This document shows positions 14,051 to 22,700 of a stretch of 24,000 nt of DNA, piece by piece. The notes beneath the pieces are model-generated. The model made no database searches and was not told where the DNA came from. It saw only the letters and a program-made list of their open reading frames with translations. Each line of letters starts with the position of its first letter. Within the stretch, counting starts at the first letter, position 1. Source of the stretch: Thermodesulfovibrionia bacterium (GTDB taxonomy: Bacteria; Nitrospirota; Thermodesulfovibrionia; JACRGW01); contig CAKKSD010000010.1 of the NCBI GenBank assembly GCA_919902995.1, positions 2,646 through 26,645 on the forward strand, given 5' to 3'. The position numbers and the translations under genes were made by a program.

Positions 14051-14103
14051 TTTTACAGCTTAAACCTCTCCCTCTTCCCACCCAGTCTACGACTCGTAGA
14101 GAA
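14051..14103 (-). repeat. JR copy with a perfect palindromic core
   Basis: + strand tctacgactcgtaga (14086-14100) has perfect 7-bp arms around one central base. The tail cttaaacctctccctcttccc aligns with the other copies. Confidence 0.6.
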
Positions 14104-14247
14104 ACTTCGCCTTTGTGAGTTTTAATTGCTTATCGATCTCTGAAAAAATCTTATTTACTTCTTCCTCTGTATATTCATAAGAACTCTTGTTAGAGCAGTT
14201 GCCGAGTATCATTATTTTCTATTTTTGCCGAGATTTTAGGTTCTAAT

Positions 14248-14805
14248 TTATCTCTTTGAACCAGCTTTTATTTTCCTTTTTAGAATCTTCCATTTCCTTC
14301 TGGTCTTCAGGTCGTAAACATCCTCTCCTTCTCTGACAAACGTGGTTCCTTTGTATTTAAATCTCTTAACAAGGAATTTAATTACAGAAATAGGATAAAG
14401 AACCTCAAACCCCTGCACTTTTATCTGCCCTTTCTGTTTCACAAACATAGGAAATATTAAATCCTTTTCCATTCCATCAATAACAAAACCAGTTGTCTTA
14501 AGAAAATCTACTGAAAATAGTTCTGTGCGCTCGCATGAATCTATCGAAACGGACTCAATCCTTTTTGGAAGATTCAAGGTCTTCTTATAGCGCGTTTTCA
14601 GATAGTCAATAATAAATACCCTCGGATCAATAACAAAACCGGTCAGATACTTTTTCCCGTTTTTATGGACATCTATCTCAAGATATCCATAGTCGAAGTT
14701 AAACTTTTCCTTCCCAGAATCAAGCCAGTCCTTACCATACCAGTCCATGCTGTAGAACTTAGCAATTGATATATGCAACTTATTCTTTTCTATAACCGCA
14801 TACAT
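14248..14805 (-). CDS. Uncharacterised basic protein (185 aa from ATG 14805; the ORF track extends it to 14859)
   Basis: The first 18 codons of the 203-aa track ORF are an out-of-frame reading of radC-homologous DNA. Unique sequence starts at about 14808, next to the ATG at 14805. An internal TGFVID duplication is present. No domain recognised. Confidence 0.5.
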   Translation of the reverse strand: MYAVIEKNKLHISIAKFYSMDWYGKDWLDSGKEKFNFDYGYLEIDVHKNGKKYLTGFVIDPRVFIIDYLKTRYKKTLNLPKRIESVSIDSCERTELFSVDFLKTTGFVIDGMEKDLIFPMFVKQKGQIKVQGFEVLYPISVIKFLVKRFKYKGTTFVREGEDVYDLKTRRKWKILKRKIKAGSKR

Positions 14806-14807
14806 AT

Positions 14808-14919
14808 GCTGTCTTGCCTTTTGTGCCTGTAGAGATAGGTATTGCCAAAAGTTCGGCATCTGTGAGTGATTCCGCTCCGAGTTCCCTTAATTTGCCGCCT
14901 GGATGGTCCATGTCTTCAT
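14808..14919 (-). pseudogene. radC: Frameshifted 5' fragment of the radC N-terminal-domain ORF
   Basis: It aligns by eye with 13069-13182 and has two 1-nt deletions. From ATG 14919 the reading is MKTWTIQAAN*, and the shifted frame gives KLRELGAESLTDAELLAIPISTGTKGK. Confidence 0.6.
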
Positions 14920-14994
14920 AGAGCCTTCTACAAAGTTTATTCAATCACAGGACCTAATTTTATATCCATAATCTTATACGGTCAATAAAAGAAT

Positions 14995-15585
14995 CTATAG
15001 CTGTCTTTTTTGACTGATAATCCTGTTTAAATATTTTTGTGTATACTTCGGGAACCTCTTTGAGAATTCTTTCAGTGCGACCATTGAAATCCTCTTTATG
15101 TAGAGTTCATCTAAATCTAATGACCCAATTCCCCTTGACACAAGATAGAGAAGGTCAAGAAATGCCTTTTCAGGTTTCGCAATATAGATCCCACCCTTCA
15201 TCTCATAGCCCCAGAAGAGGTCTTTCTTAATCTGCCTGAATTCTATATCCCTCCCTTCTATCGTAAACCTCTTTGTCTTTCTTGTAGTGGCAAAGGTTAT
15301 CGTGTAGGGTATGAGTGTAAGGATGCCATATCTTGACAGCACCGATTCAAAAGAAAGGTAGTTCGGCATGTAAAGGGATGCTGCAATCTTTTCTATTTGT
15401 GCCTTTGCTGTAAAGGGGCGATAAATACCTGCGCCTATTCTTTCTAAAATCCCTCTATCAACAAGGCGTTTAATCGTTACATAAAGACTCTTCCTTGAAA
15501 GCCCGGTTATCTTCTCTATATCAGAGATGGAATAAAAGGGACTGTTAAGCCGTTCCAGACCCTTTATAAGTTCTATCGCCTTCAT
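14995..15585 (-). CDS. abiEi: AbiEi-family antitoxin/transcriptional regulator (wHTH plus C-terminal domain)
   Basis: 196 aa with ISDIEKITGLSRKSLYVTIKRLVDRGILERIGAGIYR (wHTH), then PNYLSFESVLSRYGIL and IAKPEKAFLDLLY, typical of AbiEi. Confidence 0.75.
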   Translation of the reverse strand: MKAIELIKGLERLNSPFYSISDIEKITGLSRKSLYVTIKRLVDRGILERIGAGIYRPFTAKAQIEKIAASLYMPNYLSFESVLSRYGILTLIPYTITFATTRKTKRFTIEGRDIEFRQIKKDLFWGYEMKGGIYIAKPEKAFLDLLYLVSRGIGSLDLDELYIKRISMVALKEFSKRFPKYTQKYLNRIISQKRQL

Positions 15586-16247
15586 GCCTTCAGTCTATCT
15601 ATCACAGACCAGAAATCCTTAGGGAGGTACTTTCTTAAATCCCGTATAAGTTCTTTTTTTGAAATTGTGATCTTCTCGGGTTCATATGGTTTTTTAAGTT
15701 TCTGGCATATATACCATAAATCAAAAATATCCTTTGGTTTTGCCCTTTCTTTTATACATGAAAGCTTATCCCTGTAAAACTGTTCGAGAGTAGCCACCCT
15801 CCCGAGACACTGTATAATTGAGACAGGTGATGTAATTAGTGAGAGATCAGACTTATAACCCCTTTCACGCCTTTTGGATATCTCAATCTTTATCCGGAAG
15901 GGAAGCGACAGATAGTCCTGAGTAACTTTGATCTCTCCAAGGTATGTATAATATTTTTCTTCCAGGTCTGTTATTGTAAGCTCCGGATATGGGAAAATAA
16001 TCCTTTTGATAAGAGGTTTGAATTTCCCCTTTAGGGTATCCTCTGAAAGTAGAAAGTCGAGGTCTTCAGAGAACCTTGGTGAGCCATAAACAAGCCTTAG
16101 GGTAGTTCCACCTTTAAAAATAAGGAACTTTCCTTCAGGAGATTCAAAAAGCCCCTTCAGCATCACGATCTCCCAGAATTCCCTGACAACCTGCATAATA
16201 TCGATCTTTAGATTACTGGCCTGATTCTCTGCTATTTCTCGTTCCAT
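15582..16247 (-). CDS. abiEii: AbiEii/AbiGii-family nucleotidyltransferase toxin (DUF1814)
   Basis: 221 aa with FKGGTTLRLVYGSPRFSEDLDF and ERAKPKDIFDLWYI motifs. It overlaps the downstream abiEi gene by 4 nt. Confidence 0.8.
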   Translation of the reverse strand: MEREIAENQASNLKIDIMQVVREFWEIVMLKGLFESPEGKFLIFKGGTTLRLVYGSPRFSEDLDFLLSEDTLKGKFKPLIKRIIFPYPELTITDLEEKYYTYLGEIKVTQDYLSLPFRIKIEISKRRERGYKSDLSLITSPVSIIQCLGRVATLEQFYRDKLSCIKERAKPKDIFDLWYICQKLKKPYEPEKITISKKELIRDLRKYLPKDFWSVIDRLKA

Positions 16248-16278
16248 AATTATTAACAGATTTGTTAAGTTTTAAAGA

Positions 16279-16308
16279 ATTATAATATTAACATGCCAGA
16301 AATGTCAA
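16279..16308 (-). promoter_or_regulatory. Near-consensus sigma70 promoter for abiEii-abiEi
   Basis: The minus strand reads TTGACA (16308..16303), an 18-nt spacer, then TATAAT (16284..16279), 31 nt upstream of the ATG at 16247. Confidence 0.5.
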
Positions 16309-16354
16309 GAAATTTAAGTGGTTCGCAGGCCTGGTTTTCGTGAGGATTTAAGAT

Positions 16355-18286
16355 TTATCTATACAGATTCAGTAGTCCGCCTGCAAGGAGGATCTTTCGT
16401 TCTCTTTCAGTAAATCTATTGACCATCTTCAGGGTTTTACCCTTTGTGATGTTCTGGACAGTTATCGGAGAGCCTTCGGAAAATTCCCTTTTTACTGATG
16501 GAAGGTTTATTCTGTCTCCCTGTTCGATAAGGTTGTAATCTTTCTCATTTGAAAATGTGAGTGGTAGGATTCCGAAGTTTATGAGGTTACTTCTGTGAAT
16601 TCGTGCAAAGGACTTTGCAAAAAAAACCTTTATACCGAGATACATCGGTGCAAGGGCTGCGTGTTCCCTGCTGCTTCCCTGTCCATAATTTACCCCTCCT
16701 ATGATGAACCCCCCGCCTGACTCTTTCGCCCTTTTTATAAATTCATGGTCTATCCTCTCGAAGACATATTCAGAGATGGCGGGGATGTTTGACCTGAGAG
16801 GGAGGATCTTTGTACCTGCAGGCATTATATCGTCGGTTGTTATATTGTCTCCTAACTTAATAAGTATCTGACCTGAAAGAGACTCTTCCAACGGACCCCT
16901 ATGGGGTAGTGGTTTTATATTCGGCCCCCTTATGACCTCAACCTCCTCCCTGTGGGTCGGGTCTTCGACAGGTCTCTCTGCAGGAGATATCATCATGCTA
17001 TCGTCAATCAGATATTCATCGGGAATGGAAATCAAAGACGGTTTACCGAGTTCTCTCGGATCTGTAATAACACCTGCTATTGCAGATGCAGCAGCAACTG
17101 CAGGGTTTGCAAGATAAACCCTGTCATTAATTGTCCCGCTCCTTCCCGGGAAATTCCTGTTAAATGTCCTTATAGAAATCCCTCCTGTTGGAGGCGCCTG
17201 ACCCATCCCTATACAGGGTCCGCATGCATTCTCAAGTATCCTTGCACCTGCATCTATAAGATCAGCAAGTACACCATTCCTTGCAATCATCTCAAGAACC
17301 TGCCTTGATCCAGGACTTATTGTAAGGCTAACAGAGGGATGGACCTTTTTCCCCTTAAGGATCGAAGCAACGAGCATAAGGTCCTCATAAGAGGAATTAT
17401 TACAACTGCCTATACAGACCTGATCAACCGGTTTACCTGCGATCTCTCTTACTGAAGAGATATTATCAGGGCTTGAAGGTTTCGCAATTAATGGTTCCAG
17501 TTCAGAAAGGTCAATTTCTATTATCTTACTGTAGGACGCATCTTTATCCGGGCCAAGTAGTATCCAGTCCTTCTCCCTCTTCTGAGCCTTAAGATATAGT
17601 CTTGTCTTTTCATCGCTCGGGAATATCGATGTCGTTGCACCGAGTTCTGCACCCATGTTCGTGATTGTTGCCCTTTCAGGGACAGTTAAAGAAATTATAC
17701 CTTCACCTCCATATTCGAATACCTTTCCCACCCCGCCTTTCACAGTAAGCCTTTTCAGGAGTTCAAGGATTACATCCTTTGAAGAGACCCAGGGTTTGAG
17801 TTTCCCCTTTAGTTTCACAAGCACGACCTCCGGCATAAAGAGATAGAATGGTCCCCCTGCCATAGCTACAGCAACATCGAGTCCGCCTGCCCCTATTGCT
17901 ATCATCCCCATAGCACCTGCATTAGGTGTATGGCTATCAGAGCCGAGAAGGGTCTCTCCTGGTTTTGCGAACCTCTCAAGGTGGATCTGGTGGCAGATAC
18001 CATTTCCAGGACGAGAGAAATAGATACCGTATTTTTCTGCTACTGACTGCAGGAACCTGTGGTCATCGGCGTTTTCGAAACCTGTCTGGAGTGTGTTATG
18101 ATCAACATAACTTACCGAGAGTTTTGTCCTTACATTTCTGACCCCCATTGCATCGAATTCGAGATATGCCATTGTACCTGTAGCGTCCTGTGTAAGGGTC
18201 TGGTCTATCTTTATCCCGATCTCTTCGCCTGGAATCATCTTCCCTTCTATGCGATGTTCTTTAATAATCTTCTCGAAAACAGTCAT
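16355..18286 (-). CDS. Aconitase-family hydratase (fused large+small domains, about 640-aa aconitate hydratase type)
   Basis: 643 aa with IDQTLTQDATGTMA, GSDSHTPNAG, IGSCNNSSYEDL and ENACGPCIGMGQAP Fe-S cluster ligand motifs, plus a C-terminal swivel domain (GGVNYGQGSSREHAA). Confidence 0.9.
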   Translation of the reverse strand: MTVFEKIIKEHRIEGKMIPGEEIGIKIDQTLTQDATGTMAYLEFDAMGVRNVRTKLSVSYVDHNTLQTGFENADDHRFLQSVAEKYGIYFSRPGNGICHQIHLERFAKPGETLLGSDSHTPNAGAMGMIAIGAGGLDVAVAMAGGPFYLFMPEVVLVKLKGKLKPWVSSKDVILELLKRLTVKGGVGKVFEYGGEGIISLTVPERATITNMGAELGATTSIFPSDEKTRLYLKAQKREKDWILLGPDKDASYSKIIEIDLSELEPLIAKPSSPDNISSVREIAGKPVDQVCIGSCNNSSYEDLMLVASILKGKKVHPSVSLTISPGSRQVLEMIARNGVLADLIDAGARILENACGPCIGMGQAPPTGGISIRTFNRNFPGRSGTINDRVYLANPAVAAASAIAGVITDPRELGKPSLISIPDEYLIDDSMMISPAERPVEDPTHREEVEVIRGPNIKPLPHRGPLEESLSGQILIKLGDNITTDDIMPAGTKILPLRSNIPAISEYVFERIDHEFIKRAKESGGGFIIGGVNYGQGSSREHAALAPMYLGIKVFFAKSFARIHRSNLINFGILPLTFSNEKDYNLIEQGDRINLPSVKREFSEGSPITVQNITKGKTLKMVNRFTERERKILLAGGLLNLYR

Positions 18287-18292
18287 GGGTAA

Positions 18293-18321
18293 AGGATATA
18301 TTTTTCAGGATATTTTGTCAA
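18293..18321 (-). promoter_or_regulatory. Candidate promoter for the aconitase gene, predicting a leaderless mRNA
   Basis: The minus strand reads TTGACA (18321..18316), a 17-nt spacer, TATCCT (18298..18293), 6 nt, then the ATG (18286). There is no SD. Confidence 0.4.
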
Positions 18322-18345
18322 TGAGGACAAATATTCATATTATAC

Positions 18346-18374
18346 TTGACAAGAGGGAATATATATCCTATAAT
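18346..18374 (+). promoter_or_regulatory. Consensus sigma70 promoter, predicting a leaderless mRNA
   Basis: TTGACA (18346-18351), a 17-nt spacer, TATAAT (18369-18374), 7 nt, then the ATG at 18382. Confidence 0.55.
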
Positions 18375-18381
18375 TGCACTG

Positions 18382-18675
18382 ATGGATAAGCTAAAATTCC
18401 TCAAAAGGTTTGAAGATACAAAGGCCTACAGGCAACTTAGCTCTGAGGAACTGAAACTTTATATATTCCTTTTAATGTGTGCGGATGGAATAGAGATAAA
18501 AGGGGCAATAGACTCAAGATTATTGAGAAAGATCATGGGAAGAAAGCTAAACCTTGATAACCTAAAGATGATCGCATCTAACTTAGAGAGATATGGCCTG
18601 GTGGATATAGTCATACCCGAGGATGGAAAGGAACTATGCTTCATCCTCCATGAGATAAAGGATGAATCAGTATAA
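18382..18675 (+). CDS. Small hypothetical protein (97 aa from ATG 18382)
   Basis: The TTG start at 18346 in the ORF track coincides with a -35 box, so I prefer the ATG at 18382 (MDKLKFLKRFED...). It overlaps the next gene by 14 nt. Confidence 0.55.
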   Translation: MDKLKFLKRFEDTKAYRQLSSEELKLYIFLLMCADGIEIKGAIDSRLLRKIMGRKLNLDNLKMIASNLERYGLVDIVIPEDGKELCFILHEIKDESV

Positions 18676-19165
18676 GCAATTGAGAAGGCTTGAGGACCTT
18701 ATCATCAAGATGAGGGGCAGGATCATCGAGCTCCATAATTATAACAGGATGATGAAAATCTTAAATTCGATCTCAGATGAGAAATCCTTTGAGAGGGTGC
18801 TGAAGGTTCTGAGTGAAGGGTTTAAGATTGATGGCTGTAGCCTCATGGTTTTTGGAGGTAATAAGTTAGAGACAGTGGCCTTCTATGGGTCGCACCAAAC
18901 AGCCCAGATCTTAACTGGAAAAGGGACATTATTCTTTAGTGATAAGACCTTAAAAGACGTAAAAGTTCAAAGAATGAGGACAAATGCAGGAATCCTCCTC
19001 TGTCTTCCAATAATAAAAGGGGTAGGGTATACCCTCGGGGTTCTTAACCTTTACAGGAATTCGGTCTTTTCTGATGAAGCATTCTCAGAAACAGACCAAA
19101 GACTCTTCAATGATATTGCCAACCAGATAGGCGTAGCCATAGAAAGAATCCTCTCTGTCGGCTAA
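18662..19165 (+). CDS. GAF-domain protein
   Basis: 167 aa. The C-terminal LGVLNLYRNSVFSDEAFSETDQRLFNDIANQIGVAIERI is typical of GAF domains. Confidence 0.65.
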   Translation: MNQYKQLRRLEDLIIKMRGRIIELHNYNRMMKILNSISDEKSFERVLKVLSEGFKIDGCSLMVFGGNKLETVAFYGSHQTAQILTGKGTLFFSDKTLKDVKVQRMRTNAGILLCLPIIKGVGYTLGVLNLYRNSVFSDEAFSETDQRLFNDIANQIGVAIERILSVG

Positions 19166-19190
19166 CCAAATATTTAACTCTTTCAGCTTA

Positions 19191-19219
19191 TTGACAATCT
19201 TTCTCAAAAAGAGTAATTT
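19191..19219 (+). promoter_or_regulatory. Candidate promoter for the XRE regulator gene (very short leader)
   Basis: TTGACA (19191-19196), a 17-nt spacer, then TAATTT (19214-19219). The ATG lies 11 nt further on, with no SD. Confidence 0.4.
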
Positions 19220-19230
19220 AAAAGTCTATT

Positions 19231-19674
19231 ATGGAAATGACTTTAAAGAAAGAGATAGGGGAAAGACTGAGGAAGTTAAGGAAGGAGAAGGCATTAACTC
19301 AGAAGGAACTTTCTAAAAGAGTAGCGGTAGATTATTCCTACATAGGAAAGATTGAAAGAGGAGAGCAGCTCCCTTCTATAAAGATGTTAATAAGGATTTC
19401 CGAAATCTACTCGGTACCGATTGGTTACTTTTTTCATGAAGATCCTCTCATAGGCCTCCTTGAACATCTTCCAGAGGAGCTGATAGATATTGCTGGAGAT
19501 AAGAAGAAAAGGATATTCCTGAAACTTCTTAAAGATATTGATGAAGAAGACATCCCCCTTATTATAGAGATCCTCCGCCTACTTAATGAACATAAAAGGG
19601 CATATAGGTATAAGGGAAGACTCTTAAAGGTAGCTGAGCATAGGAGGCCCTACAAGAAAAAGCACCTTAGTTAA
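19231..19674 (+). CDS. XRE-family helix-turn-helix transcriptional regulator
   Basis: LRKLRKEKALTQKELSKRVAVDYSYIGKIERGEQLPSIKMLIRISEIYSVPIGYFF is a canonical HTH_3 domain. Confidence 0.85.
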   Translation: MEMTLKKEIGERLRKLRKEKALTQKELSKRVAVDYSYIGKIERGEQLPSIKMLIRISEIYSVPIGYFFHEDPLIGLLEHLPEELIDIAGDKKKRIFLKLLKDIDEEDIPLIIEILRLLNEHKRAYRYKGRLLKVAEHRRPYKKKHLS

Positions 19675-19718
19675 CCTAAACTTGAATCCTCAAATCCTTT
19701 TGTTTACAAATTGAAGGT

Positions 19719-22700
19719 ATGATTTTTAAGGAAGGAATCCCCCTCCCTCTTTTAGATGCCATAAAAAGGGGCGAAAGGAAGATAAAGGTTCAGGGACTTG
19801 CAGGTTCTTCCAAGGCCCTTTTCTTATCGCAGATACCCAAACCCCTTGTGGTAATCACATCCTCACAGGAAGAGGCTGAAAGACTCTACGAGGATCTAAG
19901 GTTTTTCAGAAGCCTTTTTCCTAATACTGATTTCGACGAGCCCATCTTTTTCCCTTCAACTGATATTCTTCCTATAGGGATATCAACGCCTGATCATAAA
20001 ATCATCGGTGAAAGAATAAAGATACTTTCTGTATTGAACGATGGGGGAAAAATTAATCTTATCACCCATATAGAATCAATAATGGGGTTTTTACCAGGGA
20101 AGAATGATATAAGTATTAAAAGGATAATCTTTAAACCAGGGGACTCTATTAGCAGAGATACCATAGGAGAAAGATTAGTTGGGATTAACTATAGAAGGGT
20201 TCCTATGGTGGCTGAGGCAGGAGAATTCAGTATTAGAGGGGGGATAATAGATATCTATTCCCCTTATCACCTTAACCCTGTAAGGATAGACCTCTTCGGG
20301 GATGAGATAGAGTCAATAATGGAATTCGACAAAGGTACACAGAGGTCAGTTAAGGGCCTGGATGAAGTGATAGTCCTTCCTTTATTAGAAGATACCAGTG
20401 ATTTAAAGGAGACTTTTTTCGACTATTTAACCGAGGAGTACCTTGTTGTACTTGATGAACCTTTCAGGATTGACGAAAAGATTAAGGATAGAGGCATCGA
20501 GATGGAAAAGGGTCATTATCTCAGTACTAAGGAAATAAATCATAGGGTAACCAGATTCCAGTCAATTATATTGGAGCTTCTTGTGATTTCAGGGAAGGGA
20601 ACGATATTTAACTTAGATACAGAATCTATCGAAGGAACGGATTTAAAGGGTATAAGTTCGCTTGCTGAGAGAATCAGGGAATGGAGAAGGATATACAAAG
20701 TCTTCATTGTATGTAATACGACTGGACAGGCAGAAAGACTGAGGGATCTACTTATAGAATATGATGTAGGTTCTTATTTACAGTTCATAGATCACTGTTC
20801 AGAGATTACTATCACAGATTCAAATTCCCTCTTCCCTGTAATCCTGGTTGGACACCTCTCGAAGGGATTTGTTTTCCCTTCACTCGGCGTTGTATTTATA
20901 ACCGAGGCTGAAATATTCGGAGAAAGGCTCAGGCGAAAAGTCCCATCAAAGTCGAGACTTGAAGATTTCCTGAAATCGATAGAAGAGATTCAGGCAGGTG
21001 ACTATATAGTCCATATAGATTATGGAATAGGTCAATATCTTGGGATAAAGAGGTTACGGATAGATGGCTATGAATCCGATTTCCTCCTGATAAATTATGC
21101 CGGGGACGATAAACTCTATCTACCTCTTGACAGGATTGATAGGGTTCAGAGATATGTAGGACCTGAGGGTTCTACACCTGAACTCCATAGGCTTGGAGGG
21201 ATTTCGTGGCAGAAGACAAAGGAGAGAGTAAAGAAGGAGATGGAGGACATGGCGAAGGAACTAATCGATCTCTACGCATCAAGGGAGGTTCTTGAAGGTT
21301 ATTCCTTTTCACCCGATAGTTATCTTCATAAAGAGTTTGATTCCTCATTTGAATATGAAGAGACGCCGGATCAGATAGATGCCATAGAAGATATTAAAAG
21401 GGATATGGAAGGAAGAAAGCCTATGGAACGCCTTATATGCGGAGACGTAGGTTATGGAAAAACAGAGGTGGCAATGAGGGCATCATTCAAGGCTGTCCAT
21501 GACAGTAAACAGGTGGCTATACTCGTTCCGACAACTATACTCGCTGAACAGCACTTCCGGACATTCTCTGAAAGGTTCTCAGCCTTTCCTGTAAGAACCG
21601 AGGTCCTCAGCAGATTCAAGAGTAGAAAAGAACAGAATAAGATCCTTGGTGAACTTGAAGCTGGAACAATCGATATAATTATAGGAACCCACAGACTCCT
21701 CCAGAAGGACGTAAAATTTAAAGACTTAGGATTGCTGATTATTGATGAAGAGCAGAGATTTGGTGTGAGACATAAAGAGAGACTCAAGGAATTGAAAAAG
21801 AATGTAGATGTACTCATACTTACCGCAACGCCCATCCCGAGGACCCTCCATATGGCCCTGTCAAAAGTAAGGGATCTGAGTATAATCAACACACCTCCTG
21901 AAGACCGTCTCTCAGTTAAGACAATCATAACCAGATTTGATAAAAGGGTTATAAGAGATGCAATAATGAAGGAACTTGCGAGAGGAGGACAGGTTTTCTT
22001 TGTCCATAACAGAGTAAAGACTCTGGAAAGGATGTTCGATTACCTTAAGAGGATAGTCCCTGAAGCAAGGATTGGTATAGCCCATGGACAGATGAAAGAA
22101 AAGGACCTCGAGAAGGTGATGGTCTTGTTTCTGAAAAAAGAGTTGGATCTACTTCTTTGCTCTGCTATTATCGAGTCAGGTCTTGATATACCTTCTACGA
22201 ATACAATTATTATTAACTATGCGAATAGGTTCGGCGTTGCAGATCTATATCAACTGAGGGGAAGGGTGGGAAGGTCAAATAAAAGGGCCTATGCATATTT
22301 TTTGATTCCAGGTGTCCAGGTCCTTACAGGGGATGCAAGAAAGAGACTGAGGGCAATGCAGGAGTTCTCCGAACTCGGCGCAGGGTTTAAAATTGCGCTA
22401 AAGGATCTCGAGATAAGAGGGGCAGGTAATCTCCTCGGTCCTGAGCAGTCAGGTCATATCGCAGCAGTCGGTCTCGACCTCTATATCCAGATGCTTGAAA
22501 GGGCTGTACTGAAGATCAAGGGTGAGGAGGTCCCTCCATTAGAAGATCCACTTATGGATTTAAAGATCTCTGCCTTCATCCCTGAGGGTTATATTCCGGA
22601 TGTAGCCCAGAGACTCTATTTTTATAAAAAGATCGCTTCTGTCAGGACAGAGGATGGAATTCAGGATGTTAAAGAAGAACTGAGGGATAGATTCGGTGAA

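Noticed and set aside
91-14103. Canonical integron cassette array (attC sites)
   Set aside because: I could not find paired RYYYAAC / GTTRRRY core sites at the repeat ends. There is no intI gene or attI in the window, and several cassettes carry their own promoters and multiple genes. Only the general logic is integron-like.
16932-18292. Several 60-120-aa plus-strand ORFs inside the aconitase gene
   Set aside because: They are nested antisense to a strongly conserved enzyme gene. Their compositions are Cys/Arg- or Ser-rich and typical of antisense frames.
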